From NCBI GenBank assembly GCA_903831455.1, contig CAIKXV010000027.1:39208-103207 (forward strand): DNA of 64,000 bases, read 5' to 3'. This DNA comes from an uncultured Pseudomonadota bacterium (GTDB lineage: Bacteria; Pseudomonadota; Gammaproteobacteria; Burkholderiales; CAIKXV01). Of the stretch, positions 53,131 to 61,976 are shown in pieces (within the stretch, counting starts at the first letter, position 1; every line of letters begins with the position of its first letter). A program made the position numbers and the translations under genes. The notes beneath the pieces were generated by a model, which worked only from the letters and a program-made list of their open reading frames with translations, made no database searches and was not told the origin of the DNA.

Positions 53131-54093
53131 ATGGTTCGATACCTGAACGAGTCGGAGATCCGTTCGCTGCTCACCATGCCGGCGACGATCGACTGCGTCG
53201 AGCGCGCGTTCGTCGATCGCGCGCGCGGCCTCGCCGTGGACGTGCCGCGCCGACGCACGCGCCAGCCGGGCGGCCACCTGCACATCGTGCAGGGTGCCGC
53301 CCCCGAGCTCGGACTGATCGGCTACAAGGCCTACTACAGCCGCGCGGGCGGCGGCCGCTCGTTCCTGGTGCACCTGCTCGATCACGCCACTGCGGCACCC
53401 GTCGCCATCCTCGAGGCCGAATGGATGGGTCAGATGCGCACGGGCGCGGCCACCGGGGTCGCCGCGCGTCACCTGTCGCGCGCCGACAGTGCAGTCGTCG
53501 GCCTGTTCGGCACCGGACGCCATGCGATGACCCAGCTCGAGGCGACCTGCGCGGTTCGCCACGTGCGGGAAGTCAAGGTGCACGGCCGCGACGCCGGTCG
53601 CGTACAGCGCTTCTGCGACGAGATGGCCGCACGCGTGAACGCCCGGCTGCGCCCGGCCACCGATGCCGCCGACGCGGTCCGCGACTCCGACATCGTGGTC
53701 GCGATGACCCGGGCCGACGCTCCGCTGTTCGACGGACGACTGCTCGAACCCGGGCAGTTCATCTCGGCCGCCGGTGCCAACGCGCTCAACCGGCGCGAGC
53801 TGGATCTCGCCGCCGTGCGCCGCGCCGAGGTGATCGTCGTCGATTCGGTGCAGGTGGCCGAAGGCGAATGCGGAGACCTGCTGCAGGCGTTCGAAGCCGG
53901 CCTGCTGCAGTGGGAGAACGTGCCCACGCTGGGCGATGTGATCGTCGGACGGCACCCCGGGCGGGAAAGCGCCGGGCAGGTCGTGCTCTACGAATCGCAC
54001 GGCATGGCACTGCAGGACCTCTACACCGCCGCCCACGTGCTCGCGCTCGCGCGCGAGCGTGGGGTCGGCATCGACCTGCCGATCGGCGCCTGA
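53131..54093 (+). CDS. ornithine cyclodeaminase / mu-crystallin family protein
   Basis: MVRYLNESEIRSLL..., MRTGAATGVAARHL, and GLFGTGRHAMTQL (NAD Rossmann) are typical of the OCD/mu-crystallin family. Confidence 0.85.
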   Translation: MVRYLNESEIRSLLTMPATIDCVERAFVDRARGLAVDVPRRRTRQPGGHLHIVQGAAPELGLIGYKAYYSRAGGGRSFLVHLLDHATAAPVAILEAEWMGQMRTGAATGVAARHLSRADSAVVGLFGTGRHAMTQLEATCAVRHVREVKVHGRDAGRVQRFCDEMAARVNARLRPATDAADAVRDSDIVVAMTRADAPLFDGRLLEPGQFISAAGANALNRRELDLAAVRRAEVIVVDSVQVAEGECGDLLQAFEAGLLQWENVPTLGDVIVGRHPGRESAGQVVLYESHGMALQDLYTAAHVLALARERGVGIDLPIGA

Positions 54094-54123
54094 ACCGCGC
54101 CCGGCCTTCGCAGGAGCTTTCGC

Positions 54124-55074
54124 ATGACCACAGCACAGCCGTCCCCCACCGCATCCTCGCCGCCCACCATCGGCGTGGTGGGCCTGGGCAACATGGGCCA
54201 GCCGATGAGCGCGCGACTCGCGGACGCGGGGTTCCGGCTGGTGGTGCATGACCTGGACGCAGCGCGCGTTCGCGCGGTGGTCGAGCGCACCGGCGCGCAG
54301 GCGGCGAGCAGTCTTGCGCAACTGGGTACGGCCTGCGATGTCGTGATCACGCTGCTGCCCGACGGGGCCATCGTGCGCAAGGTCCTGGTGGGCGAACGCG
54401 GAGACGGCCGTGGCGAGTGCGTGGCCGCCGGACTGCGCGCGGGCGCGGTAGCGATCGACATGAGCTCCTCCTCGCCGGTGGGCACTCGCACCCTCGAGCC
54501 GCTGCTGGCCGCTCGCGGCATCCGCATGCTCGACGCCCCGGTATCGGGCGGCGTCCGCCGGGCCGGCGACGGCACGCTGGCCATCATGGTCGGGGGCGAT
54601 GCCGACCTGCTCGCCACGATGGCCCCGGTGTTCGCACCGCTGGGCAAGACGATCCGGGCCGGCGGGATCGGCGCCGGGCACGCGATCAAGGCGCTCAACA
54701 ACTACGTGTCGGCCGCGGGCCTGCTGGCCGCCTGCGAAGCGGTGCGCGCGGGCGCTCGCTTCGGACTCGAGCCGTCGACGATCGTCGACGTGCTCAATGC
54801 GTCGACCGGGGTCAACAACAGCACGCAGAACAAGCTCAAGCCGTTCGTGCTCTCGGGCACCTATGCCGACGGCTTCGGGCTGGCCCTGATGGCCAAGGAC
54901 CTGCGCACCGCCCTCGAAGTGGCCGAGGTCAGCGGTACCCCGACCGCGCTCGCCGCAACCGTGGTCCAGGTCTGGAACGACGCCGAACAGCGGCTGGGCG
55001 CACGCGCGGACCCGGCGATCAACCACACCGCGATCGATCGCTATCTCGACCTGCTGGGGGATGCGGGCGACTGA
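54124..55074 (+). CDS. NAD(P)-dependent beta-hydroxyacid dehydrogenase (HIBADH family)
   Basis: IGVVGLGNMGQPMSARL, DAPVSGG, and GAGHAIKALNN motifs. Confidence 0.85.
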   Translation: MTTAQPSPTASSPPTIGVVGLGNMGQPMSARLADAGFRLVVHDLDAARVRAVVERTGAQAASSLAQLGTACDVVITLLPDGAIVRKVLVGERGDGRGECVAAGLRAGAVAIDMSSSSPVGTRTLEPLLAARGIRMLDAPVSGGVRRAGDGTLAIMVGGDADLLATMAPVFAPLGKTIRAGGIGAGHAIKALNNYVSAAGLLAACEAVRAGARFGLEPSTIVDVLNASTGVNNSTQNKLKPFVLSGTYADGFGLALMAKDLRTALEVAEVSGTPTALAATVVQVWNDAEQRLGARADPAINHTAIDRYLDLLGDAGD

Positions 55075-55313
55075 ACCCAGGGGTCGATCGGTCCGTATGC
55101 ATGCGTCGGCCTGCGCGGCCGGGCCGACCTCCCGGTTGCTGCAACACGCCCCGAAGCCCTGAACCCGGGCCGCGATGACCCGGCTTGCCGCCGAGGGCGC
55201 GCCTCGGGGTCGCGGGGGATGTTCCCGCGCGCCCCGCCCGGAGCGTCCGCGCAAGGGCCGGGCCAGTGTCCGAGGGGCGCGCGGCGCCCGCGTCGCCGCC
55301 CGCAGCCGCGGCC

Positions 55314-56477
55314 TCAGGCCATCTGCTTCATGATCGCGTACAGGGCGTTCTGGCCCTCGAAGCCGATGCCCGGCCGGTCGGGAAGGCGCAGCCATCCGTC
55401 CTCGACCCGGGCGTCGTCGGCGAATCCGGCGAACGGCCCGAACACGCCGGGATAGGCCTCGCAGCCGCCCAGTCCGAACCCGCCCACGATGTGCAGCGTC
55501 ATCTGGTTGCCGCCGTGCGGGAACACCCGGTCGCGGGTCCAGCCAAGCTCGGCCATCGCCGCCAGCGTGCGCGAGAACTGAACGATGCCGTAGCTCTGGG
55601 GCACGTCGGTCTGGAGGTAGTCGCGATCGGCGCGCAATCCGCCAAAGCGCAGCAGGTTCACCACGTCCTGCGTCGAGAACAGGTTCTCGCCGGTGCCCAC
55701 CGCCGCCCCGTACTCGGCGCAGAACTGCGAGAGCAGCGCGTAGTCGAGCGGATCGGTCGGCTCCTCGAACCAGCGCAGGCCGTAGCGACCGAAGCGTCGC
55801 GCATAGGCGAGCGACCGGTCGCGGTCGAAACCGGCATTGGCGTCCACGGCCAGGCGCGAGGCGTCGCCCACGAATGCCAGCGCGGCCTCCACGCGGCGGA
55901 CATCCTCGTCGACGGAGGCACCTCCGACCTTGATCTTCATCACGTCGTAGCCCTGCGCGAACTTCTCGCGGATCTCGTCGATCAGCTGCGGGATGCCCTT
56001 GCCCGGTTCGTACCAGCCGCCCCCGACGTAGCAGCGCACGCGATCCTGCGTGCGGCCCTGCGAGTACCGGGCGGCGAGCGCCGCATGCAGCGGACGCTGC
56101 TCGATCTTCGCCACCGCGTCCCACACGGCGACCTCGATGGTCCCGATCGCCACCGAGCGCTCGGTATGTCCTCCGGGCTTCTCGCGTTGCATCATGCAGG
56201 CGAGCACCCGTGCGGGGTCGAGGTTGGTACCCGCGTCGTCGACCAGCGACTGCGGATCGGCGGCCAGCACCCTCGGGATGAAGCGCGCGCGCATCTGGGC
56301 GCCGCAGGCGTAGCGACCGGTGGAATTGAAGGCGTAGCCGACGACCGGGCGACCGTCGCGCACCACGTCGGTGACCACGGCCACGATGGAGGTGGTCATC
56401 TCGCTGAAATCGAAGACCGCGTTGCGCAGGCTGGACTTCAGGGGGACGGCGGTCTCGCGGATATCGACGATGCGCAT
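55314..56477 (-). CDS. enolase-superfamily dehydratase (D-tartrate dehydratase TarD-like)
   Basis: MRIVDIRETAVPLKSSLRNAVFDFSEMTTSIVAVVTDVVRDGRPVVGYAFNSTGRY ... EKPGGHTERSVAIGTIEVAVWDAVAKI strongly recalls Bradyrhizobium TarD, from memory. KIKVGG and the DAN...EEP ligand pattern are present. Confidence 0.8.
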   Translation of the reverse strand: MRIVDIRETAVPLKSSLRNAVFDFSEMTTSIVAVVTDVVRDGRPVVGYAFNSTGRYACGAQMRARFIPRVLAADPQSLVDDAGTNLDPARVLACMMQREKPGGHTERSVAIGTIEVAVWDAVAKIEQRPLHAALAARYSQGRTQDRVRCYVGGGWYEPGKGIPQLIDEIREKFAQGYDVMKIKVGGASVDEDVRRVEAALAFVGDASRLAVDANAGFDRDRSLAYARRFGRYGLRWFEEPTDPLDYALLSQFCAEYGAAVGTGENLFSTQDVVNLLRFGGLRADRDYLQTDVPQSYGIVQFSRTLAAMAELGWTRDRVFPHGGNQMTLHIVGGFGLGGCEAYPGVFGPFAGFADDARVEDGWLRLPDRPGIGFEGQNALYAIMKQMA

Positions 56478-56553
56478 GGCGCGGGCTCCAGACACGATGG
56501 CGCCCAGTCTAGCAGCCGCTGGCCCTCGCCTCCGGGCGCCTCCACGCCGGCAC

Positions 56554-57366
56554 TCAGACGCTTCGACTCCGCTGCCGGCGCTGCTCGAACAGGCAGACCG
56601 CCGCGGCGGCGGCGACATTGAGCGACTCGACCCCCGGCTCCTGGTCGATGGCCACCCGGGTATCGAGCATGGCGTCCACCTCGGCGGACAATCCCCGGCC
56701 TTCGGCGCCGAACACCCAGACGCAGGGTTCCCGCAGGTTCGCCTCGTGCAGTCCCGCGGACGCACGCACCGCCGCACCCACGCAGGGCATCCCCGACTCG
56801 CGCAGCGCACGGGCGAGATCATCGACCTCCACCACGTTCATCACCGCGTGCGCGCCCATTGCCGCGCGCAGCACCCGGGGCGACCAGGCCGAGGCCGTGC
56901 CTGGCCCGACCAGCGCGTGGAACACCCCGGCCGCCGCCGCGGTGCGCAGCAGCGTGCCTGCGTTCCCCGGGTCCTGGATGCCGTCGAGCGCGACCGCATC
57001 CTGCCCGCGCAGCGCATCGGGTCGCCCCTGCGGAATCGCGACCTCGGCGACGATCCGAACCGCGGTGTCGAGTCCGCCGATCGCGGCCATCAGGTCGCGG
57101 GAGAACCTCGCCACCGGCACGCCGTCGGCCTCGGCGTGCGCGAGCAGCGCGTGCACCTCGTCGGACTCCTCGATCGAAGGCCCCTGCACGGCGACCGACA
57201 CCAGCGGACGGCCGTGATCCAGCCAGGCCCTGACCAGGTGTGCGCCCACCAGCAGCGTGCGCCGCTGCCGGGCACGCTCTCGCGCGTCCTCGTTCAACCG
57301 TCGCAGGTGCTGGAAGCGGGGGTTGGCTCGCGAGCGGATGGGCTCGGGGCCGGCCGGAGAGGTCAT
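56554..57366 (-). CDS. TrmH/SpoU-family RNA 2'-O-methyltransferase
   Basis: LDGIQDPGNAGTLLRTAAAAG, VFGAEGRGLS, and ESLNVAAAAAVCLFE are the three SpoU motifs. Confidence 0.85.
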   Translation of the reverse strand: MTSPAGPEPIRSRANPRFQHLRRLNEDARERARQRRTLLVGAHLVRAWLDHGRPLVSVAVQGPSIEESDEVHALLAHAEADGVPVARFSRDLMAAIGGLDTAVRIVAEVAIPQGRPDALRGQDAVALDGIQDPGNAGTLLRTAAAAGVFHALVGPGTASAWSPRVLRAAMGAHAVMNVVEVDDLARALRESGMPCVGAAVRASAGLHEANLREPCVWVFGAEGRGLSAEVDAMLDTRVAIDQEPGVESLNVAAAAAVCLFEQRRQRSRSV

Positions 57367-57635
57367 GGCCCGATCATAGTCGCTCGTGCGATGCGTCGAC
57401 GGCCCGCCTGTACGGGGCGCCGCGATGGTCTCCCGTGACCGGTCCGGACGTGTTCGATGGGATCGCGTCCCGCGTCCGCCCCCGGGCCGCCCTCGCCCCC
57501 CAGGCGTCCCCGACGGGCCGTCGATGCATCGCCCGAGCCTTTCGCCGACCGGCTGCGCACCGGCTTCTCCCGCTGCGGTACGCTCGTGTCGGTCCTCGGC
57601 CACCCGCCACCGTCATTCGTCCCCGGAGTCCTCCC

Positions 57636-58142
57636 ATGAGCCTGTCGATGTACGCCGCGTCCGTACCCGTGTTCCGCCGCCACCTGGCCAACCTGGCCGC
57701 CGTGCTCGCCAAGGCCGCGGCCTGGTGCGCCGAGCGCTCGATCGACGAGCAGGCGCTGCTGCAGTCGCGGCTGTATCCGGACATGTTCACCCTGCTCAAG
57801 CAGGTGCAGGTGGCCACCGACTTCGCGCGCGGCGGCGGCGCCCGGCTGGCCGGGCAGGAGCCGCCCAGGGAGGCCGGCGGGGAGCAGAGTTTCGCGGACC
57901 TGGTCGCCCGCGTGGAGCGCTCGATCGCCTACCTCGAGACGCTGTCGGCCGCAGACATCGACGGCTCCGAGGACCGGCAGATCAGCTACCAGCTCGGCCG
58001 CTTTCCGATCGACATGAAGGGCCAGCCCTACCTGCTGGACTTCGTGCTGCCCAACTTCTTCTTCCACTGGACCACGGCCTACGACCTGCTGCGCCACAAC
58101 GGGCTGGCGATCGGCAAGGGCGACTTCATCGGCCGCGGCTGA
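57636..58142 (+). CDS. DUF1993-domain protein
   Basis: MSLSMYAASVPVFRRHLANLAAVLAKA ... LPNFFFHWTTAYDLLRHNGLAIGKGDFIG matches the DUF1993 family pattern. GGAG lies 7 nt upstream. Confidence 0.7.
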   Translation: MSLSMYAASVPVFRRHLANLAAVLAKAAAWCAERSIDEQALLQSRLYPDMFTLLKQVQVATDFARGGGARLAGQEPPREAGGEQSFADLVARVERSIAYLETLSAADIDGSEDRQISYQLGRFPIDMKGQPYLLDFVLPNFFFHWTTAYDLLRHNGLAIGKGDFIGRG

Positions 58143-58168
58143 TCACCACGCGGCAGCTCCGCGCCGCG

Positions 58169-58195
58169 CTCGCCCCTCGCCCCTCGCCCCTCGCC
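58169..58195. repeat. heptanucleotide tandem repeat (CTCGCCC) x3.9
   Basis: ctcgccc ctcgccc ctcgccc ctcgcc, read directly. It lies 27 nt downstream of the DUF1993 stop, in a convergent spacer. Confidence 0.9.
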
Positions 58196-58380
58196 ACGGG
58201 CTAGCCCCGCGCGCCGTTCGAATCACGGCGGCCGATCACGCGCAGCGCGTCGCCCGCAACCCGCCACGGGCTCCCCCCGGGCCGCGCCTGACTCCGAGGC
58301 ACGCCCCGCGGGCGAAGCGCGCGCGCAGCCGCTGCTGCAGCGCGGTCCGCGCCCGCGGGGCGCACGGCGACACATCGGGG

Positions 58381-58401
58381 GGCGGCGTGCCGCACGCCGC
58401 C
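58381..58401 (-). terminator. candidate hairpin terminator immediately after the Gfo/Idh/MocA gene
   Basis: GGCGGCGTG-CCG-CACGCCGCC (9-bp stem) begins 4 nt beyond the stop codon (58405-58407). Confidence 0.5.
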
Positions 58402-58404
58402 TCT

Positions 58405-59508
58405 TCAGGTGGCCAGCGGCACCCTCACCGCCTGCCGGAAGCTCGCGGAGGCTTCGATGGCCAGCGTAGCCTCGAGCGTCGCACGCGCGGTCGAGGCCTC
58501 GGGCAGCACGCAGGGGCTGCCCAGCACGAGGTGGTCGATCCAGGCCCGGGTTTCATTGGCGATCGGCCCCCAGAACTCGCCCAGCGCCCAGTCGCCCGGG
58601 GTTCCGCTCTGCAGGAACACCATGTTCACCCGATGGTCGGGCAGGTACACATGCGGCATGCCCGACTCGGAGTACATCAGCTGGTCGGTATGGTCGTCAT
58701 CGAGGATCATCACCCCGGCGTCGCCGACGATTTCCACGCGCGCCGCGTGTCCCAGAGCCGGGTACTTCTCGGGCAGCGCGTAGCACACCGCCAGGTTCGC
58801 CACGGCTCCCGATGCGTAGGTCAGCACCGCGAAATCGATGTCGTCGGTGTCGTGCCCGGCAGCCGCCAGCACGCCGCGGTTGCCCCGCGCATACACCTCG
58901 CACAGCGGATCGCCGTCGAGAAACCAGCCCAGGAGATCCACGTAGTAGGTCAGCGCATCGACCACCGGCGTGGCGTGCGGGTTGCGCTGGAGCATCGCCA
59001 GCGCCTGCGAGCGCGAGTTGTACACCCGCGCCGAGACGCCCAGCACGCGCCCGATGCGCCCCTGCAGGATCTGCTCGCGGGCGATCAGGTAGCGATCCTT
59101 GTAGCGCCGGCTGTAGCCCACGCGCAGGTCGACAGCCGCCGCGGTTGCCGCCGCGACCACCCGATCGGCATCGGCGAGCGTCAGCGCGATCGGCTTCTCG
59201 ACCAGCACCGGCTTGCCGCAGCCAATCGCCGCGAGAACCGCAGCGACATGTTCGCCCTCGGGTGTGGCGACGATCACCGCGTCGACCTCCGGATGCTCGA
59301 TGACCCGAGCCACGTCGGTGGTGTGCAGCGAGGCGCCCGCCACGCGTGCGGTGCGCTCGGCGGCGACCGGGTCGGTATCGGCGATCGCGATGAAGCGCAC
59401 GCCCGCGTGCTTCGCCGCCAGGCGCGCCCGCAGCGTCCCGATGCGCCCCGCGCCGATGATGCCGATACCGATCGGCCGCGCAGCGGCGCGGGGAGTCACG
59501 ACGCTCAT
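58405..59508 (-). CDS. Gfo/Idh/MocA-family NAD(P)-dependent oxidoreductase
   Basis: IGIGIIGAGRIGTLRARLAA Rossmann motif and the VLVEKPIALTLADADR (EKP) motif. ATG 59508 overlaps the upstream stop (ATGA). Confidence 0.85.
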   Translation of the reverse strand: MSVVTPRAAARPIGIGIIGAGRIGTLRARLAAKHAGVRFIAIADTDPVAAERTARVAGASLHTTDVARVIEHPEVDAVIVATPEGEHVAAVLAAIGCGKPVLVEKPIALTLADADRVVAAATAAAVDLRVGYSRRYKDRYLIAREQILQGRIGRVLGVSARVYNSRSQALAMLQRNPHATPVVDALTYYVDLLGWFLDGDPLCEVYARGNRGVLAAAGHDTDDIDFAVLTYASGAVANLAVCYALPEKYPALGHAARVEIVGDAGVMILDDDHTDQLMYSESGMPHVYLPDHRVNMVFLQSGTPGDWALGEFWGPIANETRAWIDHLVLGSPCVLPEASTARATLEATLAIEASASFRQAVRVPLAT

Positions 59509-60527
59509 GGCTCCACCTGGATGCCGGCGTCCTTGACGACTTTCGCCCACTGACCGATCTGCTGCCTGACGTAGGCTGCGAACGCCTCGGGCGTGTTGCC
59601 CACGGGCTCCAGGCCCGAACTGGCCAGCCGCTCGCGGACTTCGGGCATCTGCAGCACGCGCACGACGTCCGCATGCAGTCTCCGCACCAGCGCCGCGGAC
59701 GCGCCGGCGGGAAGGAACACGGCATTCATGTTGTCGGTGACGAAACCGGCGAACCCCTGCTCGATCATCGTCGGCACGTCCGGCAGGCTGGGTGCCCGCT
59801 GCGCGCTGGTCACGGCCAGTCCGCGCAACTTGCCCGCCTGGACGTGCGGCACGGCCGGGGGCTGCGCCATGCAGCCCAGCGGGGTCTGGTTGGCGAGCAC
59901 CGCGGTGGTCGCCGGACCCGCGCCCCCGTAGGGCACGTGCTGCAGGTCGATGCCGGTGGCCAGGCGCAACATCTCGCACGACAGCTGCGGCGAGGTGCCC
60001 ACGCCGGCCGACGCGTAGCTGAACTTGCCCGGCTGCGCCTTCACCAGCGCGATGAGCTCGCGCACGTTGCGGGCCGGCACCGAGGGGTGGGCCACGATCA
60101 GGTTGGGAGAGGTGGCGATATTGGTGACCGGGATGAAGCTGCGGAAAGGATCCCAGCGCAGCTTGGCGTACAGCGCGGGATTCACCAGGTAGCTGGAACT
60201 GGTGACCAGCAGCGTGTAGCCATCGGGCGCGGCGCGCGAGGCGATCTCGACGCCGAGGTTGCCGCTGGCTCCCGCGCGATTGTCCACCAGCACCGACTGG
60301 CCCCACAGTTCCGCCAGCCGCTGCGCGGTGATCCGCGCCACGAGATCGGTGGGGCCTCCGGGCGCGAAGGGCACGATCATGCGCACCGGACGCGCGGGCC
60401 AGCCCTCGACGGCCAGCGCTGGCGCCAGCGGGATGCCCGCGAACGACGCGCCGGCGATCAGGGTGATCAGCGTCGCCCGCCGCGCGAGCCGCCCGCGGGA
60501 TCCGATCGAATGGTCATTCAGGCTCAT
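59505..60527 (-). CDS. Bug-family (TTT) periplasmic solute-binding protein
   Basis: RLARRATLITLIAGASFAG... signal. WPARPVRMIVPFAPGGPTD, DNRAGASG, HVPYGGAGPA. GAGGAGGAA lies 6 nt upstream of ATG 60527. Confidence 0.9.
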   Translation of the reverse strand: MSLNDHSIGSRGRLARRATLITLIAGASFAGIPLAPALAVEGWPARPVRMIVPFAPGGPTDLVARITAQRLAELWGQSVLVDNRAGASGNLGVEIASRAAPDGYTLLVTSSSYLVNPALYAKLRWDPFRSFIPVTNIATSPNLIVAHPSVPARNVRELIALVKAQPGKFSYASAGVGTSPQLSCEMLRLATGIDLQHVPYGGAGPATTAVLANQTPLGCMAQPPAVPHVQAGKLRGLAVTSAQRAPSLPDVPTMIEQGFAGFVTDNMNAVFLPAGASAALVRRLHADVVRVLQMPEVRERLASSGLEPVGNTPEAFAAYVRQQIGQWAKVVKDAGIQVEP

Positions 60528-60753
60528 CAGCCGTTCCTCCTCGAGATCAGGGACCTGCCACGCCGCCGTCGGGGGCGGCGCCACGCGTGGTGCCGGCGGG
60601 ATCGGCACCCGCGGGCCAGAAGCTTTCATCGCCGCCCCCCGGGAGCGCCGCTGCGCGGTGGCACGCCGCGCCGTGCGGGGCGATCCCCGGGCAGGGTCCC
60701 CTGCCGCCCTCGACCCGGTTCGACCTGCGTTCGCGGCAGCATCACGGGCGGAG

Positions 60754-61773
60754 TCACTCGGCACGGATTCCGGCGGCCTTGACCACCTCGGCCCAGCGCT
60801 GGAATTCGGTGCGCATGAAGGCGGTGAGCTCCGCCGGGCTGCTCTTCATCGGCTCGGCCCCGATCGTCGACAGACGCTCGCGCACGTCGGGCTCGAACAT
60901 GATGCGCGACAGTTCGTGGTTGAGTCGGCTCACGATCGACCCCGGCGTCTTCGCCGGCCCGAGGATCGCATACCAGGTGAGCACCTCCATCCCGGGGAAC
61001 CCTGCCTCGGCGATCGTGGGGATCTCGGGTGCATTGGCCACCCGACCGGGAGTCAGGGTCGCCAGCGCGCGCAACTTGCCCGCGCGAATCTGCGCGAGCG
61101 CGGCTCCGGTGCCGATGGTGATCAGCTGGAGATTGCCGGCCACCGTGTCCATCATCGCCGTCGCCGCACCCTTGTAGGGAACGTGCACGAGCTTGAGTCC
61201 GTTGCGCACCGCGATGAGTTCGGTACCCAGGTGGTTGGAAGTCCCCACCCCGCCCGATCCGTAGTTGATGCGCCCCGGATTGGCGCGCGCGTAGGCCACC
61301 AGTTCCTTCACGCTGTGCACCGGCACGGAGGGATGCACCACCAGCAGGTTCGGGATCACCGCCACGAGCGACACCGGCGTGAAATCGCGGAAGGGATCGA
61401 AGCCGAGCTTCGGATACAGGCTGGGGCTGATGACCAGGCCGGGCGCGACGAGCACGAACGTGTAGCCATCCGGCGCGCTGCGCGCGACGATTTCCGCGCC
61501 CAGGTTTCCACCCGCGCCCGGTCGGTTGTCGGTCAGCACCGGCTGGCCCAGCGCGTCGGACAGCCGCTGGCCGATCGTGCGGCCGAGGATGTCGGTACCC
61601 CCTCCCGGGGGAAACGGCAGCACGAGGCGTACCGGCTTGGCCGGCCATGCCGGCTGCGCGAGAACCGGGGGGCTCGCCAGCGCGCCGAGCATCACCAGGC
61701 CCGCCACCCCACGCATCACGGCGGTCGGGGCGCGCCCGGCGACACACGCGAACGATCTCACCTGGATCGACAT
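60754..61773 (-). CDS. Bug-family (TTT) periplasmic solute-binding protein
   Basis: Signal peptide. WPAKPVRLVLPFPPGGGTD, DNRPGAGG, HVPYKGAATA. AGGAGGAG lies 5 nt upstream of ATG 61773. Confidence 0.9.
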   Translation of the reverse strand: MSIQVRSFACVAGRAPTAVMRGVAGLVMLGALASPPVLAQPAWPAKPVRLVLPFPPGGGTDILGRTIGQRLSDALGQPVLTDNRPGAGGNLGAEIVARSAPDGYTFVLVAPGLVISPSLYPKLGFDPFRDFTPVSLVAVIPNLLVVHPSVPVHSVKELVAYARANPGRINYGSGGVGTSNHLGTELIAVRNGLKLVHVPYKGAATAMMDTVAGNLQLITIGTGAALAQIRAGKLRALATLTPGRVANAPEIPTIAEAGFPGMEVLTWYAILGPAKTPGSIVSRLNHELSRIMFEPDVRERLSTIGAEPMKSSPAELTAFMRTEFQRWAEVVKAAGIRAE

Positions 61774-61837
61774 CGAATCTCCTCCTGCATGATCGCGCGC
61801 ATGCCGCCTCATCCGGCCGATGCGCGTCTTCCGATCA

Positions 61838-61854
61838 GGGGGCCTGCGGCCCCC
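61838..61854 (-). terminator. candidate hairpin between the Mo-hydroxylase gene and the Bug gene
   Basis: GGGGGCC-TGC-GGCCCCC (7-bp stem) lies about 120 nt downstream of the stop at 61977. Confidence 0.3.
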
Positions 61855-61976
61855 ATCGAGATTTCCGCACCAGTCGGCACGGGTGCCACCACGCCCGGGG
61901 CCTGCGGGAAGCGGCCCGCACGATTGCAGCCATCGGACGCACGCACGGGTTGCCCCTGGCCGCGGCGCCTTGACCC

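Noticed and set aside
52822-56124. 1100-aa minus-strand ORF spanning the OCD, HIBADH and TarD-like region
   Set aside because: Same artefact. It has low-complexity composition and overlaps three genes that have clear family motifs in other frames or on the other strand.
58169-58195. CRISPR or other spaced-repeat array
   Set aside because: This is a contiguous 7-nt microsatellite without spacers. No CRISPR-like repeat-spacer periodicity was seen anywhere in the window.
58211-58232. tRNA-like T-loop sequence (GTTCGAATC) in the 263-bp convergent spacer
   Set aside because: The flanks do not form a 5-bp T stem (the loop would be 9 nt). No acceptor, D or anticodon arms can be drawn, so this is not a tRNA.
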